Origin: Lachnospiraceae bacterium | GTDB lineage: Bacteria > Bacillota > Clostridia > Lachnospirales > Lachnospiraceae | Assembly: GCA_045617945.1 (NCBI GenBank) | Contig: JAZLJS010000101.1 | Location: 11,529 to 75,528, forward strand | Direction of reading: 5' to 3' | Length of the DNA: 64,000 bases | Shown: positions 38,109-48,280 of the stretch, piece by piece | Position numbering within the stretch: position 1 is the first letter of the stretch | Layout: each line of letters opens with the position of its first letter | The notes under the pieces: generated by a model | Told to the model about the DNA's origin: nothing | The model's database searches: none | Seen by the model: the letters and a program-made list of their open reading frames with translations, nothing else | Program-made: the position numbers and the translations under genes

Positions 38109-38996
38109 ATGGATGCGAATGCTACTGTCTCAAGTATTGCTGTTGCGGCAATGATATTTACGTTGGTTGTATCAATCGGTGTTCCGATTGTATTGATGAT
38201 TGTTTGGAAAGTCAAAACAAAAGCATCGTTGGTTCCTTTTGTAATCGGTGCCGGAACTTTTATTGTATTTGCATTAATTCTTGAATCTATTATGCATCAG
38301 ATTGTCCTGGGGGCAACGGGTGATTCCATAACCGGTAATGTTTGGCTGTATGCACTGTACGGCGGCCTTGCGGCAGGTGTTTTTGAAGAGACCGGACGGT
38401 TGGTGTCAATGAAATTTCTGATGAAGAAAAGCCTGAGCAAGGAAAACGGCATCATGTACGGTATCGGACATGGCGGAATAGAGGCCATTATTATTATCGG
38501 ATTATCGTATATCAGTAATCTTGCCATGACCTTTGTCATTAACTCAGGTATGGTTGATACGATCAAAACAGGAATTCCTGAGGCGGATCAGGCGGTGATG
38601 CAGGCGGTGGATGCGCTGGTTACGACGCCTGCTTGGCAGTTCGCATGTGCCGGAATAGAGCGAGTGAGTGCGATTACGTTGCACATTTGCCTTTCCTATT
38701 TCGTATATCGTGCGGTTAAGGATTCCAAATGGATTTATTATATATTGGCAGTTGCCATTCATGCATTTGTTGATGCCGGAACTGTTTTGCTGTTAGGAAC
38801 GAGTGCGGGTGTCCTTCTGGTTGAAGTACTGCTTATTGTTTTTGATGTGATCCTGGTTGTAATTGTGGTTCGTATCTATCGTGCAGAGAAAGTCATATCC
38901 CCAGAGGGATCGCCTTACGATATTATTGAAGGCATTTCCGAGGAAACGCTTCAAAATGGTAAAGAAAATATTGATGCAGACAATTCGGAGGAATAG
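38109..38996 (+). CDS. YhfC-family intramembrane (glutamic-type) metalloprotease
   Basis: Multi-TM protein with GVFEETGRLVSMKF, ERVSAITLHICLSYFVY and AIHAFVD motifs characteristic of YhfC/CPBP-related proteases. Confidence 0.75.
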   Translation: MDANATVSSIAVAAMIFTLVVSIGVPIVLMIVWKVKTKASLVPFVIGAGTFIVFALILESIMHQIVLGATGDSITGNVWLYALYGGLAAGVFEETGRLVSMKFLMKKSLSKENGIMYGIGHGGIEAIIIIGLSYISNLAMTFVINSGMVDTIKTGIPEADQAVMQAVDALVTTPAWQFACAGIERVSAITLHICLSYFVYRAVKDSKWIYYILAVAIHAFVDAGTVLLLGTSAGVLLVEVLLIVFDVILVVIVVRIYRAEKVISPEGSPYDIIEGISEETLQNGKENIDADNSEE

Positions 38997-39165
38997 CCTC
39001 AAATTAATAACGAAAATATGAATGACGATATTAATGAATAGTAACCAACGTAAAGAAATTGATGTGAAGTGGTGTGCTGAGACAGGTTGCGTTAATTTCT
39101 GAATTAGATTTGAAAAATCCCCCAAAGTTTATTACAATATATGTAGTGTACCTTGGGGGTTTTCT

Positions 39166-41373
39166 ATGGCTATTTTTTTGTGGATGTTAACAGCAATTAC
39201 GGTCTGCCTGGCAGGTATGGAAGTGCTGTATGTATACAAACAGAGTCCGACTCGCGAGTCGAAACTTTTACAGTTGGTGTGCTTTTGTAACCTTATTCAG
39301 GCTACAGGAAACATGGAAGCGGTCATAGGACAGACTTCGGAAGCATGTTATACCGGCTTGATAATCACATATTTCGGCGGATCGCATGTTGCGTTGTTTT
39401 TCCTTCTTCTGATGTGTGAGATTGTTCATGTTAACTTGCCGAAGTGGTTTATAACGCTGTCTACTGCAATTGATGTTATCTTCATCGGACTGGCAGTTTT
39501 CGAGGATAAGCTTCATTTCTATTACAGAAGCATTTCTTACGATACAAGCGGATTGATCAGCTCCCGTACGGTTGATTTTGCGCCGGGGTTCTATGTATAT
39601 CTTGGCTTTCTTGTATCTTATTTTATTGTTATTTTGGCAATTATTATTAAAGCCCGTGCAAGAAACGCGACGGAATTCGCGCGTGTGTTCAAAGCTGTTC
39701 GAGGTTTTATGTTTGCGGCGTTTTTTTCATACGGTGGGTCGCTTGTTTCTACGATATTCAAACTACGGTATGATTTTACGGCAGCAGGTCTTTCCATCGG
39801 TTTGCTGCTCTTGATTTTGCTTGTTTATAAGTATCGTGTATATCCGATGCGTCAGGATGCCGAGGATACAATACTGAATCAGATAAACGATGTGCTCCTT
39901 TCCTATGACAAGGATGGTCACCTTATATATTGCAACAAGCGTGCGCAGGATGTTCTTCATATTGAGACGGAATTTATGTACGGAATGCCGGTGGATGATG
40001 TCAGTGATGATCTGAGCCGGGTATTGATGCTTGCTCCGGAAGAGCAGATTACGCTTGATAATCACATTTATTCCTGTTCATTGTTCAAATTTGATACGGA
40101 AGATGGCGGCACGGGTATTATTCGCTGGCTAAGGGATATTACTTTGGAGCAAAGTCAGGTAAACGAAATGATACGACTGAAGGAGGAAGCTGATCATGCC
40201 AATGAGGCCAAGTCGGTGTTCCTGGCCAGAATGTCGCATGAGATTCGTACACCGATTAATGCCATCATTGGAATGGATGAGTTGATTCTTCGAGAAGCAC
40301 AGGAAGAGTCGATTAAGAACTACGGCGTTAATATTATGAGAGCCGGCAAAACGCTTCTGTCATTAATCAGTGATGTACTTGACTTTTCCAAAATGGAAGC
40401 AGGCAAGATGTCAATTGTTGAAGATGAGTACAGCTTGTCCGCAATGTTGCGTGATTTGTCACTGATGATTCGCATGCGCGCAGAGAAGAAGGGACTTACG
40501 TATCATTTGAACGCACCACAGGATTTGCCGGAGAAACTGTTCGGTGATGAATTGCGAGTTCGACAGATTATTACGAATGTTCTTACAAATGCCGTGAAAT
40601 ATACGCAGAGCGGCAGCATTATGATGAGCGTGGAAGCGCTTCCGACAGGAAGCGACAAGATAGAGATGCTTGTTTCAATAAAGGATACGGGTGTTGGAAT
40701 CAAGGAAGAAGATATACCGAAACTGTTCACGTCATTTGACCGCATTGAAAATGCGGAGACTCATAAGACGGAAGGCAGCGGTCTGGGCCTTAACATTACC
40801 GATAATTTGATTCGGTTAATGGGCGGCCGGATGACGGTTAAGAGTAAATACGGAGAAGGCAGTGAATTTATATTGATTATTCCGCAGCATGTGCATGGTA
40901 CGGAAACGGTTGGCGTAATTAGTGATCAGATCAGTGAATCCGAGATGAACCGTGATAAGAATCGAATTAAGTTCAGGGCTCCCGAAGCGCATATTCTGGT
41001 GGTGGATGATAATCGTGTGAACAGAACATTGTCTAAAGCATTTTTGAAAGGTACCGATATTCTTGTTGACGAAGCGGATTGCGGTCAGAAATGTTTGGAT
41101 ATGATTCGCGACACAGCATATGATTTGATATTGATGGATCACAGAATGCCGGGATTATCCGGTGTTGAGACACTTCAGATGATGCGTATGAATACCGACC
41201 ATAAATGCGTGGGTGTTCCGGTGATTATTATGACGGCCGATGTTGGAGAAGATCGGCAATCGTATTTCTTAAGAATGGGATTTGCGGCATATATCGGTAA
41301 GCCGATGAACGCGGTGGAGTATGAGAATCTTGTCAGAACATATTTGCCGCAGGAGAGGGTTATTTTGTTGTAA
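39166..41373 (+). CDS. Hybrid sensor histidine kinase/response regulator (multi-TM plus PAS-like sensor)
   Basis: H-box MSHEIRTPINAIIGM, N-box NVLTNAVKYT, G-boxes KDTGVGI and GSGLGLNI. REC (ILVVDDNRVN, LILMDHRMPGLSG, YIGKP). Confidence 0.9.
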   Translation: MAIFLWMLTAITVCLAGMEVLYVYKQSPTRESKLLQLVCFCNLIQATGNMEAVIGQTSEACYTGLIITYFGGSHVALFFLLLMCEIVHVNLPKWFITLSTAIDVIFIGLAVFEDKLHFYYRSISYDTSGLISSRTVDFAPGFYVYLGFLVSYFIVILAIIIKARARNATEFARVFKAVRGFMFAAFFSYGGSLVSTIFKLRYDFTAAGLSIGLLLLILLVYKYRVYPMRQDAEDTILNQINDVLLSYDKDGHLIYCNKRAQDVLHIETEFMYGMPVDDVSDDLSRVLMLAPEEQITLDNHIYSCSLFKFDTEDGGTGIIRWLRDITLEQSQVNEMIRLKEEADHANEAKSVFLARMSHEIRTPINAIIGMDELILREAQEESIKNYGVNIMRAGKTLLSLISDVLDFSKMEAGKMSIVEDEYSLSAMLRDLSLMIRMRAEKKGLTYHLNAPQDLPEKLFGDELRVRQIITNVLTNAVKYTQSGSIMMSVEALPTGSDKIEMLVSIKDTGVGIKEEDIPKLFTSFDRIENAETHKTEGSGLGLNITDNLIRLMGGRMTVKSKYGEGSEFILIIPQHVHGTETVGVISDQISESEMNRDKNRIKFRAPEAHILVVDDNRVNRTLSKAFLKGTDILVDEADCGQKCLDMIRDTAYDLILMDHRMPGLSGVETLQMMRMNTDHKCVGVPVIIMTADVGEDRQSYFLRMGFAAYIGKPMNAVEYENLVRTYLPQERVILL

Positions 41374-41399
41374 TTCATTACAATACGGGGGTAGTGTTA

Positions 41400-43304
41400 A
41401 TGAAGAATAAGAAAATTGCAGTATTTGCCAATGGATGGAGTGGAGAATTTCTTAAATATGTATTGGAAGGTATCCGCAAAGAAGCTGCCAAGGACGGAGT
41501 GGATATTTTCGTATATATGACATATATATTCTTCATGGATGATCCTTTGCAGAGCAAATGCCAGTTGAATATATTCCATCTTCCGAATCCGAAAGATTAT
41601 GACGGTGCAATCATGTTGACCAATACATTTAATCTTTCTGATGAGCAGGAACGAATCCGCGCCCTTTTTCAACGAGCGGGTGTTCCGATGATTTCTACCG
41701 AAGTGAAGGTGCCTGGTATGGCATACATGGGAACCGGTAATTATCAGGGCGTTTATGAACTGGCCGAGCATTTGATTACTGTCCATAATGTGAAGAACGT
41801 CGTATACTTAAGCGGGATTAAAGGAAATGAGGAATGTGCAATCCGTAAGCGTGCGCTTTGCGATGCGTTGAAGGCACACGGACTTACGTTGACGGATACG
41901 TTACAGGGCGATTTTGGATTCTATACGGGTTATATACTGACCAAGCAGTGGGTTCAAAGCGGTAAGGAGATTCCCGATGCATTTGTTTGTGCAAACGATC
42001 ACTCGGCGATCGGGGTTTCTGCAGCGTTGTATGAAATGGGAATCAAGGTTCCCGAACAGGTTATTGTTACGGGATTTGACCGTATTACGGAAGCGATTTC
42101 TTCATTCCCGATGATTGCTTCGGTAACGAGACGATGGGATAAATTCGGCGAGAATGTATACCATGAATTATGCAAGCAGATGGAGAATCTGAATCCGGAA
42201 TTTGAGCTGGTAACTGATTCGGAGTTTGTTCCGGCAGAAAGCTGTGGCTGTAAACCGTCTGAGGAAGCAATTCATGCCCGTTATGAAATTGTACGAAATG
42301 CATATTCTTCGAGAATTTATTCGGAGAGATTGGATATTTTCTTTCAGAGCATGCGTCTGGAACTTGCTAAGGTTGAATCCAAAGAGGAGTTTCATGAAGT
42401 GGCTACGAAACTGTTTGGCGCGAATGACTTTCTCGGAGATGATTTTGCGATTTGCGTGGAACCGGCATTTTTCGAGTTGGACGACGAGAGCTATCCTCAG
42501 CGAATTCGAGGTTACAGCAATGTGATGGATGTGTTGTATGAGAAACGCGCCGGAAAAGCAATGCCTCTTCGTCAGTTCCATACCAAGGAGATTATACCGA
42601 ATTATCATAAAGCTCCGAATGACTCCAATATTTATTTCCTCGTTCCGTTGAACAATCTGCAATATATTATCGGATATGTGGTTGTTAAGAACGACGCGGG
42701 AATGATTTATGACCAGACTTTCCGTAACTGGATTATGAATATGAACACGACGTTTATTAACGTTCGACAGTATATTTTTGCGCAGGAGAGCAATCGTAAG
42801 TTGAAAGAGATTTACATGATGGATTTCCTGTCAAATATGTATAATCGTACGGGTTGCGAGAAGGTGATTTTCCAGCATGTAGAGGATGAGAAGGCTGAGG
42901 GTCGAAGCGTTCTCCTGTTATTTGCGGATATTAACTGCATGAAGAAGATTAATGATGAACATGGCCATTTAATGGGAGATCTCGCAATAAAGATTACAGC
43001 TGATGCAATGCGAAAGTCATTGCCGGACGGTTGGTTATTGGGGCGCTACGGTGGTGATGAATTTGTGGCTGTCGGACCGTGCCTGGATGAGGAAACAACT
43101 ATTGCACAGAAAAATGCCCTGGATGTTTCCATGAAGCGATATATTGAGAAACTATCATTAAGTTTTCCGTTGTCGGCAAGCGTCGGATTCTCTGTTGCGA
43201 GACCGGATGAAGAAAAGAGCATTGAAGAATATATCAGTGAAGCAGATGAGTCCATGTATGATGAGAAACAGAAAGCCCATCAGCAAATGGGATTTTCGGA
43301 ATAG
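41400..43304 (+). CDS. Diguanylate cyclase with N-terminal LacI/PBP-type (sugar-binding-like) domain
   Basis: N-terminal KKIAVFANGWSGEF... periplasmic-binding-fold pattern without a signal peptide. C-terminal GGDEF domain with an intact RYGGDEF. Confidence 0.8.
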   Translation: MKNKKIAVFANGWSGEFLKYVLEGIRKEAAKDGVDIFVYMTYIFFMDDPLQSKCQLNIFHLPNPKDYDGAIMLTNTFNLSDEQERIRALFQRAGVPMISTEVKVPGMAYMGTGNYQGVYELAEHLITVHNVKNVVYLSGIKGNEECAIRKRALCDALKAHGLTLTDTLQGDFGFYTGYILTKQWVQSGKEIPDAFVCANDHSAIGVSAALYEMGIKVPEQVIVTGFDRITEAISSFPMIASVTRRWDKFGENVYHELCKQMENLNPEFELVTDSEFVPAESCGCKPSEEAIHARYEIVRNAYSSRIYSERLDIFFQSMRLELAKVESKEEFHEVATKLFGANDFLGDDFAICVEPAFFELDDESYPQRIRGYSNVMDVLYEKRAGKAMPLRQFHTKEIIPNYHKAPNDSNIYFLVPLNNLQYIIGYVVVKNDAGMIYDQTFRNWIMNMNTTFINVRQYIFAQESNRKLKEIYMMDFLSNMYNRTGCEKVIFQHVEDEKAEGRSVLLLFADINCMKKINDEHGHLMGDLAIKITADAMRKSLPDGWLLGRYGGDEFVAVGPCLDEETTIAQKNALDVSMKRYIEKLSLSFPLSASVGFSVARPDEEKSIEEYISEADESMYDEKQKAHQQMGFSE

Positions 43305-43315
43305 GATGTGATGTA

Positions 43316-43723
43316 ATGCTTGAATTTGATGAATTTACCCAGAAGGATTTGCAAACGGTAACATCTGCCATCGAAGAATATATGGAAAGCATGGGGGCTC
43401 CGATGCGGGCGACTTCACAGGTGATGATTGCATTGGATGAAATACTTAGTAATATTGTGAAGTTTGCATATCCGGGAACTGTTGGATACGCGTCGGTTGA
43501 TTATGAACCATTGCCCGATTCGAATGGTATTCGAATTGTGTTTACCGATTATGGCGTGCCGTATAATCCGCTTTTGCAGGAAGATCCTGATATTACTCTT
43601 TCGGCTCGGGAACGCGAAGCTGGTGGATTGGGAATATTCATGGTTAAGAAAACCATGAGCGATATAACATATAGGTATGAGGATAATAAAAATATTCTTA
43701 CTATAATAAAGTTATTTGCATAA
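43316..43723 (+). CDS. SpoIIAB/RsbW-like anti-sigma-type serine kinase (HATPase_c_2)
   Basis: 135 aa. N-box-like ALDEILSNIVKFAY, G1-like TDYGVPYNP, G2-like GGLGIFMVKK. Confidence 0.75.
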   Translation: MLEFDEFTQKDLQTVTSAIEEYMESMGAPMRATSQVMIALDEILSNIVKFAYPGTVGYASVDYEPLPDSNGIRIVFTDYGVPYNPLLQEDPDITLSAREREAGGLGIFMVKKTMSDITYRYEDNKNILTIIKLFA

Positions 43724-43735
43724 AGGAGAGGAAAA

Positions 43736-44035
43736 ATGAACATTACTCAGAACAAGGAAGAAACCAAGTTAACAATTGCATTGGAAGGTCGTTTGGATAC
43801 GACAACAGCGCCTTCACTTGAGGAAGTGACGAGTTCTGCACTTGTCGATGTAAAGGAATTGATTTTTGATTTTTCGCAGCTTGAGTACATTTCTTCTGCA
43901 GGACTTCGTGTTATTCTTGCCGCTCAGAAGACAATGAACAAACAGGGCGAGATGAAAGTTGTAAAGGCAAACGAGAACATTAAGGAAATCTTCGATATTA
44001 CGGGATTTTCGGATATTATTACATTGGAAGACTGA
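43736..44035 (+). CDS. STAS-domain anti-sigma-factor antagonist (SpoIIAA/RsbV-like)
   Basis: 99 aa. LEGRLDTTTAP... and LEYISSAGLRVIL with a candidate phosphorylatable Ser. Confidence 0.8.
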   Translation: MNITQNKEETKLTIALEGRLDTTTAPSLEEVTSSALVDVKELIFDFSQLEYISSAGLRVILAAQKTMNKQGEMKVVKANENIKEIFDITGFSDIITLED

Positions 44036-44051
44036 TTGAGAGAACAGTTAC

Positions 44052-46034
44052 GTGAGTAAGAAAAGAGTTCGAAAGATAAAACGGTTGAGAAGACGGCACG
44101 TTTGGCCGCATTTATTTCTTTCACTGCTTGTGTTGATTGTTTTTAACGGTGCTTTCGTTGCGTCGGCATATCTCTTTTTTGAGAATACTTTGGAGAATAA
44201 GGTTATTTCGGGATATCAACGTATCGCGATGATCGCCGATGTTTTGAATCGTCAAAACAGTGATGAGTACATTACACAGAACCTTTTCAGCATCCGGTCA
44301 ATTATTCCGGAGATTGCATCGCTATGCGTGGTTGATGCGAATAATAAGTGTACACAGCATATCGGAACACAATTTCCGAACCTTAATGAGGCCCAGAATT
44401 TGTTGGCGTCCGGGCAGGAAATGACTTTGATTCCGTTAACGGAGGAATTGTTTATTGTTACAGACTCCGGTTCGCTGGTGATTAATCCTGCAACCGTGCA
44501 AGAGAATGTTCGTGATGTCCATGTACAGTTTGAGCGTCTTTCTTATCAGGAGGAATCGGCAACATGGAAGGCCGAAAGCTGTTGGTTTATTGTTCCTTAC
44601 GGGGAAAAGGGCGAGAAATTATGCGTTTTGTGTGATGTCGCCGTTACAAATTATGAGATAAACAGCATTGCGGTGGCATCCTTGATTGCCCTTACCCTGG
44701 CCGGATTGCTATGTCTGCATCAGATATGGGAAGTTGTAAAGATTCTGAATGATCGCCGCAAGATTCGTAAGCTTGTATACACCGATTTTTCGACCGGGGC
44801 GATGAACAGAATCTTTTTCCGTGATACGGGAGATAAACTGCTTCGGAGAAGACTCTACAGACAATATGCTGTTGTGCAGCTGCAGATGGAGAAGTACAGA
44901 AATTATTGCATGTACTATTCCGAGGAAAAGGGCGAGGATTTGCTGGAGAGAATCCAGGAATACCTTGTGAAGTTTATTAATCACAGAGAGTGCGTTGCGC
45001 ATATTGAGGCGGCTGATTTTGCACTTCTTTTGATGTACACGAATGAGACGGAATTGAATCAGCGGATAAACGGCCTGATGCAGTCCTTAAAGGGTCTGAT
45101 ACCGACCAATAAGGATTGCTTTTTGGCGGGTGTATCTGCCTGCGGTCACGAAAATGATGTAATGCATTATTATATAGAAGCAGGTGTTGCACGCCATTCC
45201 ATCAGGGATGATTCCGAAACCCGGATCTTGTGGTTTAATGAAGACCTGAAGGCTACACAGATATGGGAACGCAAGGTGGAAGACGATATGGAAGGCGCGT
45301 TATCAAGACACGAATTCCAATTGTTCATTCAGCCGAAGTACAGTGCCAAGGAAGAGAAAATTGCAGGCGGCGAGGCACTTATTCGTTGGATGCATCCGAC
45401 AGAAGGTTTTGTGTCACCCGGCCGTTTTATTCCTATATTTGAGAATAACGGATTTATTACCAAAATAGATGATTATATGATTAGCGCACTTGCTGCGGCA
45501 CAGGCCAAATGGTTGTCGGAAGGCAAGCCGATTGTCCCGATTTCCGTAAATGTATCGCGCGTTCATTTTATGCGCGATGATCTTGCGGAGCATATCTGTT
45601 CGCTTGTGGATGCATATAATGTTCCACATGAATATATTGAACTGGAACTTACCGAGAGCGCATTCTTCGATGACAAAGATGTTTTGTTACGTATTGTAAA
45701 GAAAATGCAATCGTACGGCTTCCACGTATCGATGGATGACTTTGGCTCGGGATATTCATCTCTGAATTCATTAAAGGAATTGCCGCTGAATGTAATCAAA
45801 CTCGATGCCGAATTCTTCAGAGGTTCGGATGATTTGATTGAGAGATCCAAAGTCATTGTGCGCAATACGATTGAACTGGCGAAGGAACTGGGAATGACGA
45901 TTGTCGCCGAGGGCGTTGAATACCGTGAGCAGGTTGACTTTTTGGCATCCATTGATTGCGATTTGATTCAAGGTTTCTATTTTGACAAGCCGATGCCGGC
46001 ACAGGAATTTGCCAAGAAAGCGTTCGGAGAATAA
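44052..46034 (+). CDS. Membrane-anchored degenerate-GGDEF / EAL c-di-GMP phosphodiesterase
   Basis: GTG start. Two TM helices flank an extracytoplasmic-looking domain. The GGDEF position reads IEAADF. EAL motifs are intact (EALIRW, ELTES, DDFGSGYSSL, EGVE, QGF). Confidence 0.85.
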   Translation: MSKKRVRKIKRLRRRHVWPHLFLSLLVLIVFNGAFVASAYLFFENTLENKVISGYQRIAMIADVLNRQNSDEYITQNLFSIRSIIPEIASLCVVDANNKCTQHIGTQFPNLNEAQNLLASGQEMTLIPLTEELFIVTDSGSLVINPATVQENVRDVHVQFERLSYQEESATWKAESCWFIVPYGEKGEKLCVLCDVAVTNYEINSIAVASLIALTLAGLLCLHQIWEVVKILNDRRKIRKLVYTDFSTGAMNRIFFRDTGDKLLRRRLYRQYAVVQLQMEKYRNYCMYYSEEKGEDLLERIQEYLVKFINHRECVAHIEAADFALLLMYTNETELNQRINGLMQSLKGLIPTNKDCFLAGVSACGHENDVMHYYIEAGVARHSIRDDSETRILWFNEDLKATQIWERKVEDDMEGALSRHEFQLFIQPKYSAKEEKIAGGEALIRWMHPTEGFVSPGRFIPIFENNGFITKIDDYMISALAAAQAKWLSEGKPIVPISVNVSRVHFMRDDLAEHICSLVDAYNVPHEYIELELTESAFFDDKDVLLRIVKKMQSYGFHVSMDDFGSGYSSLNSLKELPLNVIKLDAEFFRGSDDLIERSKVIVRNTIELAKELGMTIVAEGVEYREQVDFLASIDCDLIQGFYFDKPMPAQEFAKKAFGE

Positions 46035-46168
46035 GGATTATATGTGCAAAAAGTACATAAAAGTAAAATTTGTGCGTATAAATGTAAAAGAATTGTATTC
46101 TCATTGATATGGGGAATGATTAAAATGACACTAGTATTTGTGCAAGTTGTTGGATGAAGGAAGATAAA

Positions 46169-46726
46169 ATGAAGAAATTTAGTCTTTATTCGATAATAGG
46201 CGCGATCCTCATGATGGGCACACTGCTGGTGGGCTGCGGATCACAGAAAGTGGAATCTCCCGTAGTTGGTAAGTGGGCATACATCCACGATGAGACGACA
46301 GAAATTTTGAATGTTTCCGCGAACGGAACGGCTGTATATAAAGGTGATAAGTACAAAGTTGCCGATGAAAACGGATTTCTGATTTTATCCGGAACGGGCA
46401 AAGATAAGCTGAAACTTCGGTACGAGATATCCGGTGAAGATTTATATTTATACGAACCGGCCTTCTATACATTCGAAGGCAGCGAGGATCCGGAAGGCTT
46501 AATTGGAAAGTGGTCCAATCCCACAACCAAATGGAGCTTTGAGTTCTATGATGACGGTACATTCCGTGAGGACGGATATTTCCCCGGTTATTATATGCTC
46601 GATGAAGCAACATCATCTTTTAAGCTGGCATACGAAGATCATTTTGAGGATACGACCTGTTATTACAATATAGAAGGCAGAGAACTTACAGTCGAATATC
46701 CTTGGCGCATGATTCGAATGAAATAG
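46169..46726 (+). CDS. Small lipoprotein of unknown function
   Basis: Signal peptide with lipobox LLVGCGS. I chose the ATG at 46169, after GAAGGA. Confidence 0.65.
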   Translation: MKKFSLYSIIGAILMMGTLLVGCGSQKVESPVVGKWAYIHDETTEILNVSANGTAVYKGDKYKVADENGFLILSGTGKDKLKLRYEISGEDLYLYEPAFYTFEGSEDPEGLIGKWSNPTTKWSFEFYDDGTFREDGYFPGYYMLDEATSSFKLAYEDHFEDTTCYYNIEGRELTVEYPWRMIRMK

Positions 46727-46822
46727 GTGCCGAATGAATAAGTGTGATTGCGCAAAGCGCTTCACGGGGCAATGCAAGGGCGTTGCTCAAATATATTTTT
46801 TTATTTTCATAGGAGGGATAAT

Positions 46823-48178
46823 ATGAAAAAGAAAGTACTTGCAACTCTTATGGCAGTTTGCATGGTAGCATCTTTGGCAGCATGTGGCGAAGCAGCAGCT
46901 CCCGCACCTGCAGCTGAGGCTCCCGCTGCTGTAGAAGAAACAAAAGAAGAAGCTCCCGCAGCTGAAGAAGCTCCCGCAGCTGAAGAAGAAGTAGTAGAAG
47001 AAGCTGCTGCTGAATCTTTCGATCTTACAATGTGGTGTATCGCTACTGAGTCTGACTCTAACCGTCATTCTTATGAAGCAGCTATCGCTGATGTAACAGC
47101 TAACCATCCTGAAATCAACTTCTCATGGGAAGCAATCGAAAACGAAGCTTACAAGACAAAGATTAAAGCAGCTGTTGCAGCTGATGATATGCCGGACATC
47201 TTCTTTACATGGTCTTGCGCATTCCTTGGTGATTTCGTTGACGCTGGTCGTGTTTACTGCCTCGATGATGAATATGCTAACTGGGCATCTTCTCTTCCTG
47301 AAGTTATGACAGGTAACACAACTTACAACGGAAGCCATTATGGTGTTCCCCTTACAATGAACATCGTTGGTTTGTTCGCTAACATGGATCTTCTTGGCCA
47401 GGTTGGTTATGATGAAGTTCCCGGAACATACGAAGAGTTCATCGCTTGCTGTGACGCTCTTAAGGCTGCTGACATTATGCCTTTCGGTTGTGCTGGTAAG
47501 GAAACATGGTGTGTAACTGAGTATCTTGAGTCTGTTATTGAGAAATCCGTTGGTGCTGATGCCCTTAACGATATCTTCCTTGGCAGAGCTACATGGGCTA
47601 ACCCCGATGTTGCAGCTGCTGTTGATACATTCCAGGGTATGGTAAACGATGGTTACTTTGATCCTTCAGGTGCTGCTCTTTCTAACGACGAAGTTAAGCA
47701 GAACTTCATCGATGGCAAGTATGCATTCTACATGAACGGAACATGGAACTGTGCAGACTTCGCTAATGCTGGTATCAATTGTAAGGTTGCTGAATTCCCT
47801 GTAATCAATGCTGATGCAGCTTCTTTGGGACAGCTTATCGGTGGACCTTCAGATACATTGGCAGTTGCAGCTTCCTCTGAGCATGCAGCAGAAGCAGCAG
47901 CATTCACATTCGAACTTGGTAAGGAAATCTGCCACTATGGTTACCTTGATGGTTGTGGTCTTCCCGCTTGGACACCTGACTACGACACAAGCTCTATCAA
48001 TCCTTTGACAAATGCAGTTTCTGATATCTGTGCTAACGCTAAGAGCTATGTTCTCTTTGGTGATACAGCTCAGAACGCTGACGATGCAGCTACATACCTT
48101 GATTATGTTTCACAGGTTTACACATGCGACATCGACGGTCAGGGCTTTATTGATGGACTTGCTGCTGATATCAGATAA
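46823..48178 (+). CDS. ABC transporter extracellular solute-binding lipoprotein (carbohydrate, family 1)
   Basis: MKKKVLATLMAVCMVASLAACGE lipobox, A/E/P-rich linker, then an SBP fold. ATG at 46823 follows AGGAGGG. Confidence 0.85.
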   Translation: MKKKVLATLMAVCMVASLAACGEAAAPAPAAEAPAAVEETKEEAPAAEEAPAAEEEVVEEAAAESFDLTMWCIATESDSNRHSYEAAIADVTANHPEINFSWEAIENEAYKTKIKAAVAADDMPDIFFTWSCAFLGDFVDAGRVYCLDDEYANWASSLPEVMTGNTTYNGSHYGVPLTMNIVGLFANMDLLGQVGYDEVPGTYEEFIACCDALKAADIMPFGCAGKETWCVTEYLESVIEKSVGADALNDIFLGRATWANPDVAAAVDTFQGMVNDGYFDPSGAALSNDEVKQNFIDGKYAFYMNGTWNCADFANAGINCKVAEFPVINADAASLGQLIGGPSDTLAVAASSEHAAEAAAFTFELGKEICHYGYLDGCGLPAWTPDYDTSSINPLTNAVSDICANAKSYVLFGDTAQNADDAATYLDYVSQVYTCDIDGQGFIDGLAADIR

Positions 48179-48217
48179 TTTCACCTAATATTAGTTGCAA
48201 TTTTAATTGACTAATTT

Positions 48218-48267
48218 GGTGGCTTCCCGATTCTCCGTTGGGAGTCGGGCGGCCACCATTTTTTTTT
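48218..48267 (+). terminator. Strong hairpin plus T9 (terminator/attenuator) between the SBP and permease genes
   Basis: GGTGGC..CCCGA.TCTCC-gtt-GGGAG.TCGGG..GCCACC followed by ATTTTTTTTT. Confidence 0.75.
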
Positions 48268-48280
48268 GGAAGGATCAGTT

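Noticed and set aside
38072-38284. Cys-rich ORF 38072-38284 as a small secreted peptide
   Set aside because: It starts inside the 53-bp duplication and overlaps, out of frame, the well-supported YhfC protease gene starting at 38109.
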